Numbered from the stretch's first letter, positions 37,631-47,932 are shown. The stretch is 64,000 bases of DNA from Pseudomonadota bacterium (GCA_016711215.1 JADJTL010000001.1:1144067-1208066), one strand, 5' to 3'. Numbers and translations: made by a program. The notes: a model not told the origin generated them from the sequence alone.

Positions 37631-39535
37631 TCAGTCGGCCAGCCGCACGTGCAGCTCGCGCAGCTGCGCCGCCTCCGCCGGGCCAGGAGCGCTGGTCAGC
37701 AGGCAGGTGCCCTTCTGGGTCTTGGGGAAGGCGATGACATCGCGCAGCGAGGTGGCGCCGCACATCAGCATCACCAGCCGATCGAGGCCGATGGCGATGC
37801 CGCCGTGCGGCGGGGGACCGAAGCGAAACGCCTCGAGCAGGAAGGAGAACTTGGCCTCGGCTTGTGCTGGGCTGAGGCCGATCGCGGTGAAGAGCTGCGC
37901 TTGGATCTCCGGCTCGTGATTGCGAATCGATCCGCCGGCGATCTCGACGCCGTTAAGCACGAAGTCGTAGGCGCGGGCGCGCACGGAGCCCTGCGCCGGG
38001 GTGCCGAGCAGCGGCAGGTCCTCCGGGCGCGGCGCGGTGAAGGGATGATGGCAGGCGACCCAGGCGCCAGCCTCGCTGCGCTCGAGCAGCGGAAAATCCG
38101 TGACCCAGAGCGGCGCCCAGGCAGCGTGGTCGATCAGCCCGAAGCGCTCGGCCATCTGCGCGCGCAGCAAGGCGAGCGCGTTGTTGGCGATGCCCGGTTG
38201 ATCGGCGAGGAAGAGCAGCACGTCGCCCGCCGTGGCGCCGAGCCGGGCGTCGATCGCGCGCATCGTCTCCGGCCGCAAGGCCTTGGCGAAGGGGGCCTGC
38301 CAGCTCGTCTCGCCAGCGGCCGGCTGTAGGCGCGCATAGGCCACGCCCTTGGCGCCGACCGGACGCACCAGCTCAGGTAGGGCGTCGAGGTCCTTGCGCG
38401 AGAGCTCGCTTGCGCGGCCGGGCAGGCGCAGCGCCTTGACGATCCCCCCGGCCTCGATCGCGCCGTCGAAGACGCGGAACCCAGAGCCGGCGCAGAGATC
38501 GCTGACGTCGGTCAGGCGCAGGTCATAGCGCAGATCGGGCTTGTCGCAGCCGTAGCTGGCGATGGCCTCCTGATACGTCATCCGCGGAAAGGGCACGGGA
38601 AGCGTCACGCCGAGCGCCTGGGTGAAGAGCCGGGCCATCAGGCGCTCGACGATGCCGTAGAGCAGCTCTTCATGGGCGAAGGCCAGCTCGAGGTCGATCT
38701 GCGTGAACTCGGGCTGCCGGTCACCGCGCAGATCCTCATCGCGGAAGCAGCGCACGATCTGGAAATAGCGGTCGAAGCCAGCCACCATCAGCAGCTGCTT
38801 GAAGAGCTGCGGCGACTCCGCCAGCGCGTAGAACTGCTGTGGGTTGAGGCGACTCGGCACCAAGAAGTTCCGCGCTCCACCCGGCGTGTGCTTGATCAGC
38901 ACCGGTGTCTCGAGCTCGAGAAAGCCCTCCGCGCTGAGCTGCTCACGCGTGGCGCTGCTAACCGCCGCCCGCAGCGCGAAGTTGCGCTGCAGGGCGGGGC
39001 GCCGCAGATCGAGGTAGCGGTAGCGCAGGCGCAGGCTTTCGCGCGTGTCGGTCTCGTCGTCGAGGGAGAAGGGCGGCGTTTGCGAGCGCGAGAGGATCTC
39101 GAGCTGCGCCACGCTGACCTCCACGGAGCCGGTTGGGAGCTTGGGATTGACGTTGTCGCCGCGGTCGGCGACGCGCCCGCGCACGGCGATGCAGAACTCG
39201 CCACGCAGATCGCCAGCCAGGCGATGAGCCTCGGCGCCGACATCCGCGCGAAAGACGAGCTGCGTGATGCCGTAGCGGTCGCGCAGGTCGACGAAGATCG
39301 CGCCGCCGTGATCGCGGCGGTTGGCGACCCAGCCCATCAGCACGACCTCCTGGTCGCGATGCTCGGGACGCAGGTCGCCGCAGGTATGGGTGCGACCGAC
39401 CGCCAGCAGGACGCTCGGCGTCGTGGCCGCGGCCTGCGGTGCGGCGGCGGGGTCGGCCGTTGACGAGACTGCGGACGGTGGTGCGGTAGTCGCGGTAGTG
39501 ATGTCGGACACGAGGACCTCCAGCGACCTCCTCAT
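37631..39535 (-). CDS. aspS: Aspartate--tRNA ligase (bacterial type) with low-complexity N-terminal extension
   Basis: OB-fold HTCGDLR...VVLMGWV...RDHGGAIFVDLRDRYGITQ. Class II motifs FRDEDLRGDRQPEFTQIDLE and GGIAIGLDRLVM. Alternative GTG start at 39511, preceded by GGAGG. Confidence 0.9.
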   Translation of the reverse strand: MRRSLEVLVSDITTATTAPPSAVSSTADPAAAPQAAATTPSVLLAVGRTHTCGDLRPEHRDQEVVLMGWVANRRDHGGAIFVDLRDRYGITQLVFRADVGAEAHRLAGDLRGEFCIAVRGRVADRGDNVNPKLPTGSVEVSVAQLEILSRSQTPPFSLDDETDTRESLRLRYRYLDLRRPALQRNFALRAAVSSATREQLSAEGFLELETPVLIKHTPGGARNFLVPSRLNPQQFYALAESPQLFKQLLMVAGFDRYFQIVRCFRDEDLRGDRQPEFTQIDLELAFAHEELLYGIVERLMARLFTQALGVTLPVPFPRMTYQEAIASYGCDKPDLRYDLRLTDVSDLCAGSGFRVFDGAIEAGGIVKALRLPGRASELSRKDLDALPELVRPVGAKGVAYARLQPAAGETSWQAPFAKALRPETMRAIDARLGATAGDVLLFLADQPGIANNALALLRAQMAERFGLIDHAAWAPLWVTDFPLLERSEAGAWVACHHPFTAPRPEDLPLLGTPAQGSVRARAYDFVLNGVEIAGGSIRNHEPEIQAQLFTAIGLSPAQAEAKFSFLLEAFRFGPPPHGGIAIGLDRLVMLMCGATSLRDVIAFPKTQKGTCLLTSAPGPAEAAQLRELHVRLAD

Positions 39536-39733
39536 AGCCCGCTGCTCCCGGGCCCGTCAACGCAGCGGGTCGCTGCGCGATCGGTTCTTCGGCTCCTGGG
39601 CGCCAGGCGCCAGGCCGTGGCGCTGATCCCGCGCCGTCGGCAATGGGGCCTTACCAGTGGAGCATTGCCCGCGGGGCATTAGCGCTGGGGCATCGCATTG
39701 CCGTGGGCGATGAATAGTCATAGCGTACGCGCG

Positions 39734-40615
39734 ATGCGCATCGCTCACCTCTCGGATCTGCATCTGCGCACCGACCTGCCGATACCGCGCAGGGCGTGGC
39801 TGAGTCAGCGGGTCCTCGGCGCGATCAACCTGTCGCTGAGGCGCGGGCGGGAGTACCCGGAGCGCCTCGTCGAGGTGCTTTGGGCCGAGCTGAGGCAGGT
39901 GGCGCCCGATCATCTGATCGTCTCGGGCGAACTGACGAACCTCTCGCTGGGCGGCGAGTTCGAGCGGGCGCGGCGCGCGCTCCTGGCCCTGGGCCTGCCG
40001 AGCGCGGCGATCACGGTCGTCCCGGGCAATCATGACGCCTATACCTGGGGCAGCGTGCGCGACGGCGACTTCGCGCGGGTGATGGCTGACTTCCTGCACA
40101 CAGACCTGCCTAGCGGCAGTGCGGGGCCCTATCCGCTGGTGCATCTGCGCGGACCCGTCGCGATCGTCGGTCTCAGCAGCGCCGTATGGTCGCCGCCGCT
40201 GATGGCTACCGGCCGCGTGGGCGCGACCCAGCTCGCGGCCGCCGAGGCGCTGCTCGGCCATCCCGAGGTGCGCACGCGTACGCGAATCGTCGTCGTGCAT
40301 CACCCGCCGCGCTCGCCGCATGCACACTGGCATAAGCGGCTGGTCGACGGCGCGTCGCTGCTCGCGATGCTTGAGCGGACCGGCGCCGACCTGCTGCTCC
40401 ACGGCCATCTGCATCGAAGCTGCGCCGACAGTCTGCCCGGCCCCGCGGGCCAGGCGATCCGCGTGATCGGGCTGACCTCGAGCACCTGGCTCAGCCCGGA
40501 TCCCGCGCGGCGGGCGCGCTACAACCTCTTGGAGGTCGACGCCCCGGGCGCGTCGCCAAGGGTAGGGTCGCGCCGCTTCGCCCCGGCGCTGCGGGCCTTC
40601 GTCGCCGATTCCTGA
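39734..40615 (+). CDS. Calcineurin-like metallophosphoesterase
   Basis: Motifs HLSDLHL, GELTN, VPGNHD, VVHHPP, GHLH in canonical order. Confidence 0.8.
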   Translation: MRIAHLSDLHLRTDLPIPRRAWLSQRVLGAINLSLRRGREYPERLVEVLWAELRQVAPDHLIVSGELTNLSLGGEFERARRALLALGLPSAAITVVPGNHDAYTWGSVRDGDFARVMADFLHTDLPSGSAGPYPLVHLRGPVAIVGLSSAVWSPPLMATGRVGATQLAAAEALLGHPEVRTRTRIVVVHHPPRSPHAHWHKRLVDGASLLAMLERTGADLLLHGHLHRSCADSLPGPAGQAIRVIGLTSSTWLSPDPARRARYNLLEVDAPGASPRVGSRRFAPALRAFVADS

Positions 40616-40627
40616 GCGCCGCGGTCG

Positions 40628-41488
40628 TCAGTAGACCACGCCGGCGTAGCCGACGAAGCTGGCATTGGGGCGCACGTCGGCGCTGGTGGCGTAGCGCAGG
40701 CGCTCGCCGCTGCTCGCGCCCAAGCGCTGTGCGCATTGCCAGGCGGCGGCCACGGCACCAGGGCAACACGCATTGCGGTGCAGGCGGCCGGTTTGCAGCA
40801 CCTCGAGGGGCGTGCCCTCACAGGCTGCGGCGAGGAAGAGCGGGTCATTGGTCTCGCGCACCCAGCGCTCGGCGCCGGCGCCGCTGCCCTGTGGCGTCCA
40901 GCCGTAGTTCGGACCGTAGTGCGTCAAGTCCGTCGAGGCGATCACCGCGATCGGACGGCCGAGTCGTCTCGCGGCCTCGACCACGGCGTCCGCGAGCTGC
41001 AGCGTCGCGGCCCGCGGCGGCGCGCCGAGGATCACGAGGCGCGCGGCCGGGAAGAAATGCTTGATCAGCGGAAACACCACCTCGGCGGAGTTGTCCTGCG
41101 TGTGGTTGAGGGGGCTCTCCGCGCGCAGCGGCGCGGCGGTGGCGAGCTGCTGCACGAGGGCCTCATCGGTGTCGAGCGGGCCGAAGGGCGTCCAGCACTG
41201 GCCGTGCTGCATCACCGTGCTCGCGGCGTCGGGCCCGAGGTGGCCAGCGAAGAGCACGATCGTCTCGGAGGCGCTGGCGGCCGCAGCGAGCTCGCGCACG
41301 ACGTTGTAGGCGATCGCGCCAGAGAAGGCCCAGCCGGCGTGCGGCACGATGCCCCCGACGAGCTGCGTGCGCTGGCTGTCGACCGCGCCGCGCTCGAAGC
41401 GACCGAAGCTCGCCTGGCAGCCCGCGGGCGTCGCGGGATACCAGCTTCCGGCCAACTCGGCCACGCGAAGCTGTTGCGGTCTGGCCAT
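40628..41488 (-). CDS. Memo-like protein (AmmeMemoRadiSam system protein B family)
   Basis: GSWYP...VPHAGWAFSG...LFAGHLG...STDLTHYGPNYG pattern when started at ATG 41488. Confidence 0.75.
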   Translation of the reverse strand: MARPQQLRVAELAGSWYPATPAGCQASFGRFERGAVDSQRTQLVGGIVPHAGWAFSGAIAYNVVRELAAAASASETIVLFAGHLGPDAASTVMQHGQCWTPFGPLDTDEALVQQLATAAPLRAESPLNHTQDNSAEVVFPLIKHFFPAARLVILGAPPRAATLQLADAVVEAARRLGRPIAVIASTDLTHYGPNYGWTPQGSGAGAERWVRETNDPLFLAAACEGTPLEVLQTGRLHRNACCPGAVAAAWQCAQRLGASSGERLRYATSADVRPNASFVGYAGVVY

Positions 41489-41678
41489 CGATCGCTCCCC
41501 GCGCGGCCGCGCGAGGTTCGCCCGCGCAACAGGTTTCGCCCGCGCAACACAGAGTGCCACTCGTGGCGGTGAGGTCAACGTTATCGCCCGGGCGGCCGGG
41601 GTCGTGGTGGCAGCGGGGCGTGTATACTCCCGCCCGAGGCGCGCGGCGCTTGACGGGGAACGCGCGCGGGATGGGGAG

Positions 41679-43004
41679 ATGATGAACGCATTGGACGAGC
41701 GACTGGATCGGGCCGATGAGGCGTGGATCGCCGGACAACAGGCCGCGGCGCTGCGCCGCTACTGCGAGCTGCTGCGCGGGGCGCCTGATTCCCTCTACCT
41801 CTGGTATCGCACGGCGGCTGCTTTGGGCGCGCTGCAGGGCTGGGCGGAGGCCGCGCGGGGGCTCGAGCTCTGCGCAGAGGCGCTCGCGGAGCAGGGCCAG
41901 CTCCTGCTCGCCTTGGGCGCGGCGCAGGACCTCGGGCACGCCGATCCTGCTGCGGCTGCGCGGGTCCTGCGCGCGATCGCCGAGCGCTATGGTGCCGGCT
42001 CCCCGCGTCTGGCCACGGGGCGATCGAAGCCGCCCCCGCCACCGGCCCCCGACGCCATTGCTCCCGAGCCCGAGGAGCTGAGGGTGGCCGAGGGCCCGGC
42101 CTTGTTTGCGTTGGCGCATGAGCTTTGCGGCGACGCGCTCCAGCACTGGCGCCGGATCAGCGCGGAGCCCTCCCCGCTGCCGCCCCACGCGCTCCTTTCG
42201 GCGCTCAGCGCGGAGGATATCGTCGAGCTCGGTGGCCTCCTGCAGCGGCGCGAGCTGGCGGCGGGAACGGTGATCGTGCGGCAGGGCGACGCGGGGACCT
42301 CGCTCTTCCTGCTCGCGCATGGGCTGGTGGCGGTGGAGCGCGACGGCGTGACGCTGGCGCACCTGCGGCCCGGCGCGTTCTTCGGCGAGATGGCCCTGCT
42401 GACGCAGGAAGGGCGCCTGGCCAGCGTCACGGCTGAGCGGCCGGCGCTGGTCTTCGAGTTGGCGCGCGGCGCGCTCGAGGACGCCGTCAGCGGTGCACCG
42501 CGCCTGGCCGAGGGGCTCGCGCGTGCGGCGCGGCAGCGCCTGTTGCGGGCGCTGCTTGCGACCTCGCCGCTCTTTCGGCCCCTCGAGCCCGAGCGGCGCG
42601 AGGCGTTGGTCGCGCTCTTCAGCGCGCAGGTCTATGAACGCGGTGAGGTGGTCGTGCACGAGGGGGGGGCGGCCGAGGGGCTCTACGTCGTGCTCAGCGG
42701 CACCGTGCGCGTGGTTCGCGACGACCAGGGGGAGCCGCTGCTGCTGGCCGACTTCGGTCCGGGGCAGGTCTTCGGTGAGATCTCGCTGCTGCACCAACGT
42801 CCGGCCACAGCGACCGTGACAGCCGTCGACCGCGCCGTCGTGCTCTGTCTACCGCGCGCGGCCTTCAATGCGCACGTCAGTGAGTTCCCCGAAGTGGTGG
42901 CGCACGCCTATCAGCTCGCCCTCGAGCGCGAGGCCAGCAACGCCGAGCTGGGGCGGAGCCGACCGCTTCTCATCGACGAGCTCGATGGCGCAGTGATCGT
43001 CTAG
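41679..43004 (+). CDS. Protein with N-terminal helical (TPR-like) region and two cyclic-nucleotide-binding domains
   Basis: Two CAP-effector-type segments: GDAGTSLFLLAHG...FFGEMALL...RLASV and GGAAEGLYVVLSG...VFGEISLL..RPATATV. Start at MMNAL (41679), with GGGGAG upstream. Confidence 0.8.
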   Translation: MMNALDERLDRADEAWIAGQQAAALRRYCELLRGAPDSLYLWYRTAAALGALQGWAEAARGLELCAEALAEQGQLLLALGAAQDLGHADPAAAARVLRAIAERYGAGSPRLATGRSKPPPPPAPDAIAPEPEELRVAEGPALFALAHELCGDALQHWRRISAEPSPLPPHALLSALSAEDIVELGGLLQRRELAAGTVIVRQGDAGTSLFLLAHGLVAVERDGVTLAHLRPGAFFGEMALLTQEGRLASVTAERPALVFELARGALEDAVSGAPRLAEGLARAARQRLLRALLATSPLFRPLEPERREALVALFSAQVYERGEVVVHEGGAAEGLYVVLSGTVRVVRDDQGEPLLLADFGPGQVFGEISLLHQRPATATVTAVDRAVVLCLPRAAFNAHVSEFPEVVAHAYQLALEREASNAELGRSRPLLIDELDGAVIV

Positions 43005-43116
43005 TCGCGCGTCAGACGGGCGTCCTGATTCCGCGTGGCGGGAGCCTTGCCAAGGCTCCGGCTGCTGATCTAGAGAGCTGATCCCACAGGGGCGTGAAGC
43101 GAGGAGGAGGGGTCGA

Positions 43117-44460
43117 ATGTTGCAGATAGGGACGAGGCGCGCGCTGCTCGCCTGTGTCGGTCTGGTGGGCGTGCTCGCGTGTGTCGAGCAAGAGCCCGAT
43201 CGCCCGACCGCCACCGACTGGGCGGCGATCGGCAAGCAGTTGCTCAAGAGCGATCCCAAACCGCAGTTTCCGGTGAACGCCGACCTCGAGGGCAAGGTGA
43301 TCTACCTCGGGCTCGATGTCAGCCCGCAGCCGATCATCGCCGGCAAGCCCTTCACGCTGACGCACTACTGGCGAGTCAAGCAACCGGTGCCGGGCTGGGA
43401 GACCTTTACGCATCTCACCGACCCCAGCCTGAAGCAGTTCATCAACGCCGACCACCGGGCGATCGGTGGTCGGTATCCGGCGAGCATGTGGAAGGCCGGC
43501 GACGTGATTCGCGACGAGCACACCGTCTCGCTGCCCGCAGGGTGGCCGGCGACCCGACTCGAGGTCTTCACGGGGCTCTGGCGCGAGAGCCTGCGGATGC
43601 GGATCAAGGGCCCGCAGGACGATAAGAGTCGCGTGCTCGCCGCTTCGATCCCCGTCGCTGCCGGCCCGACGACCCGTCAGGAGCGCCCAGCGTTGGTGCG
43701 TCTGATCGCGCGACAGGCCACGGGCGCGCTGAAGATCGATGGCAAGCTCGACGAGGCGAGCTGGCGCGCGGCCGCGCCCACCGGCGCCTTCGTCGATACC
43801 TTGACCGGCGCGGCCGGCGAGGTGAGGACGACCGCCCGGATGCTTTGGGACGCGCGCGGGCTCTATGTCGCCTTCGAGAACGCCGACAGCGACATCTGGA
43901 CCACCCTGAAGCAGCGCGACGACAAGCTCTGGACCCAGGAGGCCGTCGAGATCTTCCTCGACGCCGACGGGGACGGGCGCGACTACATCGAGCTGCAGGT
44001 CAACCCAGCCGGCGCGATCTTCGACAGCTACCTGTCCGACTACCGCGAGAACGACAATGCGTGGAACTCGGCGATCGAGGCCGCAGTGCAGGTCGACGGC
44101 ACGCTAGACCGGCGGGACGACGTGGACCGTAGCTGGACGGTGGAGCTCTTCTTGCCGTGGCGCGACGTGCGCGGCAAGGAGGGCGTGGTGGGCCTGGGCA
44201 CACCCCCCTCCCTCGGCGACCGCTGGCGGATCAACTTCTTCCGGCTTGATGCCCCGAAGGGGAAGGCGCAGCTTGCGGTCGGATGGTCGCCCCCGCTGGT
44301 CGGCGACTTCCATAAGGTCGACCGCTTCGGTGAGCTGGTTTTCGGCGACGCGACCGGTGCCACCGTCGCCGCCACGGCCACGCCTCCAGCCCCTGCCGCA
44401 GCGGCGAAGGCCGCGCTCAGCACGACGAAGCAGAAGCAACACAGGCCGGCGCAGAAGTAG
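43117..44460 (+). CDS. Lipoprotein with C-terminal CBM9/DOMON-like carbohydrate-binding domain
   Basis: AGGAGG upstream; lipobox GVLAC. C-terminal IDGKLDEASW...ARMLWDARGLYVAFE...EAVEIFLDADGDGRDYIELQVNP...WRINFFR resembles CBM family 9. Confidence 0.65.
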   Translation: MLQIGTRRALLACVGLVGVLACVEQEPDRPTATDWAAIGKQLLKSDPKPQFPVNADLEGKVIYLGLDVSPQPIIAGKPFTLTHYWRVKQPVPGWETFTHLTDPSLKQFINADHRAIGGRYPASMWKAGDVIRDEHTVSLPAGWPATRLEVFTGLWRESLRMRIKGPQDDKSRVLAASIPVAAGPTTRQERPALVRLIARQATGALKIDGKLDEASWRAAAPTGAFVDTLTGAAGEVRTTARMLWDARGLYVAFENADSDIWTTLKQRDDKLWTQEAVEIFLDADGDGRDYIELQVNPAGAIFDSYLSDYRENDNAWNSAIEAAVQVDGTLDRRDDVDRSWTVELFLPWRDVRGKEGVVGLGTPPSLGDRWRINFFRLDAPKGKAQLAVGWSPPLVGDFHKVDRFGELVFGDATGATVAATATPPAPAAAAKAALSTTKQKQHRPAQK

Positions 44461-44468
44461 CAGCTCCC

Positions 44469-45986
44469 GTGGCGCTCTCAGCGGCGGCGGCGGATGCGCA
44501 GCCCGTTCTGCGCCCTGGCGTTAGCGCGCAGGAGCGGCGCAGGCGAGCCTTGCGGCGCGGCGCTGCGCTGGCCGTGGCCAGCGTTGGGTTGACGGCCTGC
44601 GCCTCCTCGCGCCCCCTCTCCCCAGGCGCCCGCCCGGCGCTGTCGCCAGGGCTGTCGCCAGGCGCGTCGGCCACGAGGTCGCGCGTCTCGCTCCGACCCG
44701 GTGGCGCGCCGGCGACCCACTACGGGCTGGCGTCACCCTGGCTACCTCAGGGCGTCGCCCTTCGCCTTGCCGCCGCAGTCGGGCGCGCAGCGCGCGATGC
44801 GCAGGTGCCGTCGCCATGGCTCGACCGCGAGGCGGTTCAGGCCGCGCGCGACGTTTGCCGCGGACTGCCGCGCGCAGGCCCGCCGTCCCCCCGGCTGCTG
44901 GAGTTCGCGCTGCGGACGCGGGGATTGATCGAGCCGTTGCCCGATGTCGTGGTCGGCGACTGGCTGGCTACCGGGACTGAGCATGCCGCGGAGGCGCTGC
45001 GAGAGCGCCTTGCCGGCCTGCTGAAGCGGACGCGCTACGCCCGGGCGGGCGTCGCGGTCTGTCGATCGCTGCTTCGACCCGAACGCCGGCGCGTCGTCGC
45101 GCTGCTCTTGGAGAGCGCTGTGCGACTGGAGCCAGTGCCGCGCCAGGCGGCACTGGGGCAGCGCCTGCGCCTCCGCTTCCTGCGCCGCCAGCCCGGTCCC
45201 GCCCTCGCGTTGACCGTGACCTTTCCAGACGGGAGCGTGCGCGGCCTGCCGCTGCAGGTCCGCCAGGGCGGCTACGATGCCCTGGTCACCTGCGAAGCGC
45301 GCGGAAGGTACCGGATCGAGATCAGCGGGGAGGGCCCCTACGGCGACGAGGTGCTGGCGAACTTCCCGCTCGATTGCGCCGCCGCGCCGCCCACCACGCT
45401 CGAATTGCCGCCGAGCGCGCCGACGCTTGGGGCTGGGCCATCGACTGGGCTATCGACTGGGCCATCGACTGGGCTATCGACTGGGCCATCGACTGGGCTA
45501 TCGACTGGGCTATCGACTGGGCCCGCCGGATCGACGGCGGAGCAACTCGAGGCGGAGCTGTCGCTGCTGACGGCGACGCTACGCAGCCGATCGGGTCGGG
45601 CGGCGCTCGAGCCCGACGCGACGCTGGCCGGCGTGGCCCGCCGGCACGCGGAGGACATGCTAGCGCAGGGCTATCTCGGACATCGGGCGCCGCGCTTTGG
45701 CGGGCCGGTCGAGCGATTGCGCCGCGCTGGCCTGGCCTGTGCCGTGCTGCGCGAGAACGTCGCGCGTGGCTACGCTGTAGACGAGCTGTTGCACGCGTTG
45801 GCCGAGAGCCCTGCCCACCGCGCCAACCTGCTCGCCGAGGACGTCACGACCCTCGGCAGCGGCCTGGCCATTGACAGGGAGGCTCAGCCGCCCGTGCTCT
45901 TCGTGGCCCAGCTCTTCGCGGGGGGCCCCTGCACGCGTGTCACCCCCACGCCTGCTGCCTCCACGCCCGTCGCCCCCACGCGTTGA
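44469..45986 (+). CDS. Lipoprotein with C-terminal CAP/SCP (YkwD-like) domain and internal tetrapeptide repeat
   Basis: Lipobox VGLTAC. CAP-like region LAGVARRHAEDMLAQGYLGH...ENVARGY...ESPAHRANLL. (GLST/GPST) x7 linker. Confidence 0.65.
   Translation: MALSAAAADAQPVLRPGVSAQERRRRALRRGAALAVASVGLTACASSRPLSPGARPALSPGLSPGASATRSRVSLRPGGAPATHYGLASPWLPQGVALRLAAAVGRAARDAQVPSPWLDREAVQAARDVCRGLPRAGPPSPRLLEFALRTRGLIEPLPDVVVGDWLATGTEHAAEALRERLAGLLKRTRYARAGVAVCRSLLRPERRRVVALLLESAVRLEPVPRQAALGQRLRLRFLRRQPGPALALTVTFPDGSVRGLPLQVRQGGYDALVTCEARGRYRIEISGEGPYGDEVLANFPLDCAAAPPTTLELPPSAPTLGAGPSTGLSTGPSTGLSTGPSTGLSTGLSTGPAGSTAEQLEAELSLLTATLRSRSGRAALEPDATLAGVARRHAEDMLAQGYLGHRAPRFGGPVERLRRAGLACAVLRENVARGYAVDELLHALAESPAHRANLLAEDVTTLGSGLAIDREAQPPVLFVAQLFAGGPCTRVTPTPAASTPVAPTR
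45435..45518. repeat. 12-bp tandem repeat gggc(c/t)atcgact x7 inside the CAP-domain gene
   Basis: Read directly; in-frame, encoding alternating GPST/GLST. Confidence 0.9.
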
Positions 45987-46087
45987 CCGGCGGCGAAACC
46001 GCATGCTAGAGACCCGCGCGGCGGGTGGACGCCGTGTGCGAGGCCGCGACAGACCGCGACAGACCGCGACAGACGGGGAGTGTGCGA

Positions 46088-46987
46088 ATGTCGGCTCCAG
46101 CCATTGGCGTGGTCGGTGGAAGCGGTCTCTACGAGATCGAGGGCCTCACCCAGGCGCGTGAGCTGCGGCTGGAGACGCCCTTTGGTGCGCCCTCGGACGC
46201 CTACGTCGTCGGCGAGCTCGCCGGGCGACGGGCAGTCTTCCTCCCACGGCATGGCCGCGGCCATCGCTTGCTGCCGGGCGAGATCAACTACCGCGCCAAC
46301 GTGCACGGCTTCAAGCAGCTCGGCGTGCGCTGGCTGGTCTCTGTCAGCGCCGTCGGCAGCATGCGCGAGCAGATCGCGCCGGGTGAGCTGGTTATCGTCG
46401 ATCAGTTCATCGATCGGACGCAGGGTCGCGCGGGCAGCTTCTTCGGCGAGGGCGTCGTCGGCCACGTTCAATTCGCGGATCCGATCTGTGGCGGGCTCGC
46501 CGCGGTGTTGGCCGCGGCGGCCGAGCAGAGCGGGGCAGTGGTGCATCGCGGTGGCACCTACCTTTGCATCGAGGGGCCCCAGTTCTCGACCCGCGCCGAG
46601 TCCCGGCTCTACCGGCAGTGGGGCGTGGACGTGATCGGCATGACCAACCTGCCCGAGGCGCGCCTGGCCCGCGAAGCCGGCATTTGCTACGCGACCTTGG
46701 CGATGGCCACCGACTATGACTGTTGGCATGAGGGCCACGAGGACGTCTCGGTGCAGGCCGTCCTCGCTGTCATGGCCGGCAACGTCCAGCGCGCGCGCGG
46801 TATTCTCGCCGCGACGATTCGCACCGTCGATCTCGGCGGCGCCTGTCCGCATGCCGAGGCTGGACGACGGGCGGTGGTGAGCTCGCCGGAGGGCCTCGAC
46901 CCCCGCAGTCGATCGCGCTTGGACGTTATCCTCGGCGAGAGCATCGCCAGCGAAAATCGCCCCCAGGCAGAAGGACCTGCCAAATGA
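46088..46987 (+). CDS. mtnP: S-methyl-5'-thioadenosine phosphorylase
   Basis: IGVVGGSGLY...TPFG.PSD...FLPRHGRGH...NYRAN...VSAVGS...IGMTN...EA pattern of MTAP/PNP family 2. Start at ATG 46088. Confidence 0.85.
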   Translation: MSAPAIGVVGGSGLYEIEGLTQARELRLETPFGAPSDAYVVGELAGRRAVFLPRHGRGHRLLPGEINYRANVHGFKQLGVRWLVSVSAVGSMREQIAPGELVIVDQFIDRTQGRAGSFFGEGVVGHVQFADPICGGLAAVLAAAAEQSGAVVHRGGTYLCIEGPQFSTRAESRLYRQWGVDVIGMTNLPEARLAREAGICYATLAMATDYDCWHEGHEDVSVQAVLAVMAGNVQRARGILAATIRTVDLGGACPHAEAGRRAVVSSPEGLDPRSRSRLDVILGESIASENRPQAEGPAK

Positions 46988-47901
46988 GCCTGCTCGTCGT
47001 CGGCAGCGTGGCGCTCGACTCGGTCACCACCCCCCTCGATGCTCGCGAAGAGATGCTCGGCGGCTCGGCGTCGTTCTTTGCCATGGTCGCCTCGCTGATT
47101 ACGCCCGTGCGCCTGGTGGCGGTGGTCGGGGAGGACTTCCCCGCGGAACACCTGGCGCTCTTGCGCGAGCGCGGCGTTGACCTGGAGGGGTTGCAGCGGA
47201 CGCCAGGACGCACCTTTCGCTGGCGCGGGCGCTACCTCCCCAACTTCGTCGACCGCGAGACGCTCGATACTCAGCTCAACGTCTTCGAGCACTTCCATCC
47301 GCGACTGCCCGCGCCTTGGCGCGACTCGCGCTACGTATTCCTCGGCAACATCGCTCCACAGCTGCAGCTCGAGGTGCTGCAGCAGGTCCAGCGACCGGCG
47401 CTGGTCGGCTGCGACACGATGAACTTCTGGCTGCACGAGCCCTGTGTGACGACGTTGAAGGAGGTGCTGAAACGCACCCAGGTGCTCTTCCTCAACGATG
47501 AGGAGGCGCGCCTGCTCTCGGGTCAGCATAACCTCGTCAAGGCGGCCGCGGCGATCCGCCTGCTCGGCGTGGATCATGTGGTGATCAAGCGCGGCGACGC
47601 CGGGGCGCTGCTCTTCGACGACGGTGGGCCCTTCTGGGCGCCGGCCCTTCCGCTCGCGCAGGTGGTCGACCCGACGGGCGCAGGGGACTGCTTTGCCGGC
47701 GGCTTCATGGCGTACCTGGCGCACACCGGCGACCTCGGCCTGGCCAATATCCGGCGCGCGATGATCTTCGGTAGCACGACGGCCTCCTTCGCCGTCGAGG
47801 ATTTCAGCGTCGACCGCTTTCGCTCGGTGAGCCGCGCTGACCTGTTGCAGCGTTGTGCTGAGTTCGCGCGCCTCGTGCACTTCGATCCGGTGCAGCTCTA
47901 G
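46984..47901 (+). CDS. PfkB-family carbohydrate/nucleoside kinase
   Basis: N-terminal GSVALD...LGGSA and C-terminal [13 protein letters not shown] signature. ATGA overlap with the mtnP stop. Confidence 0.8.
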   Translation: MSLLVVGSVALDSVTTPLDAREEMLGGSASFFAMVASLITPVRLVAVVGEDFPAEHLALLRERGVDLEGLQRTPGRTFRWRGRYLPNFVDRETLDTQLNVFEHFHPRLPAPWRDSRYVFLGNIAPQLQLEVLQQVQRPALVGCDTMNFWLHEPCVTTLKEVLKRTQVLFLNDEEARLLSGQHNLVKAAAAIRLLGVDHVVIKRGDAGALLFDDGGPFWAPALPLAQVVDPTGAGDCFAGGFMAYLAHTGDLGLANIRRAMIFGSTTASFAVEDFSVDRFRSVSRADLLQRCAEFARLVHFDPVQL

Positions 47902-47932
47902 GGCGCCGCGCGGGACGCGCCTCAGGTCGTTC

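Noticed and set aside
41163-42797. 544-aa minus-strand ORF across the Memo-like and cNMP-binding genes
   Set aside because: It overlaps two supported genes on both strands. Its composition is Arg/Pro/Gln-rich and non-coding in character.
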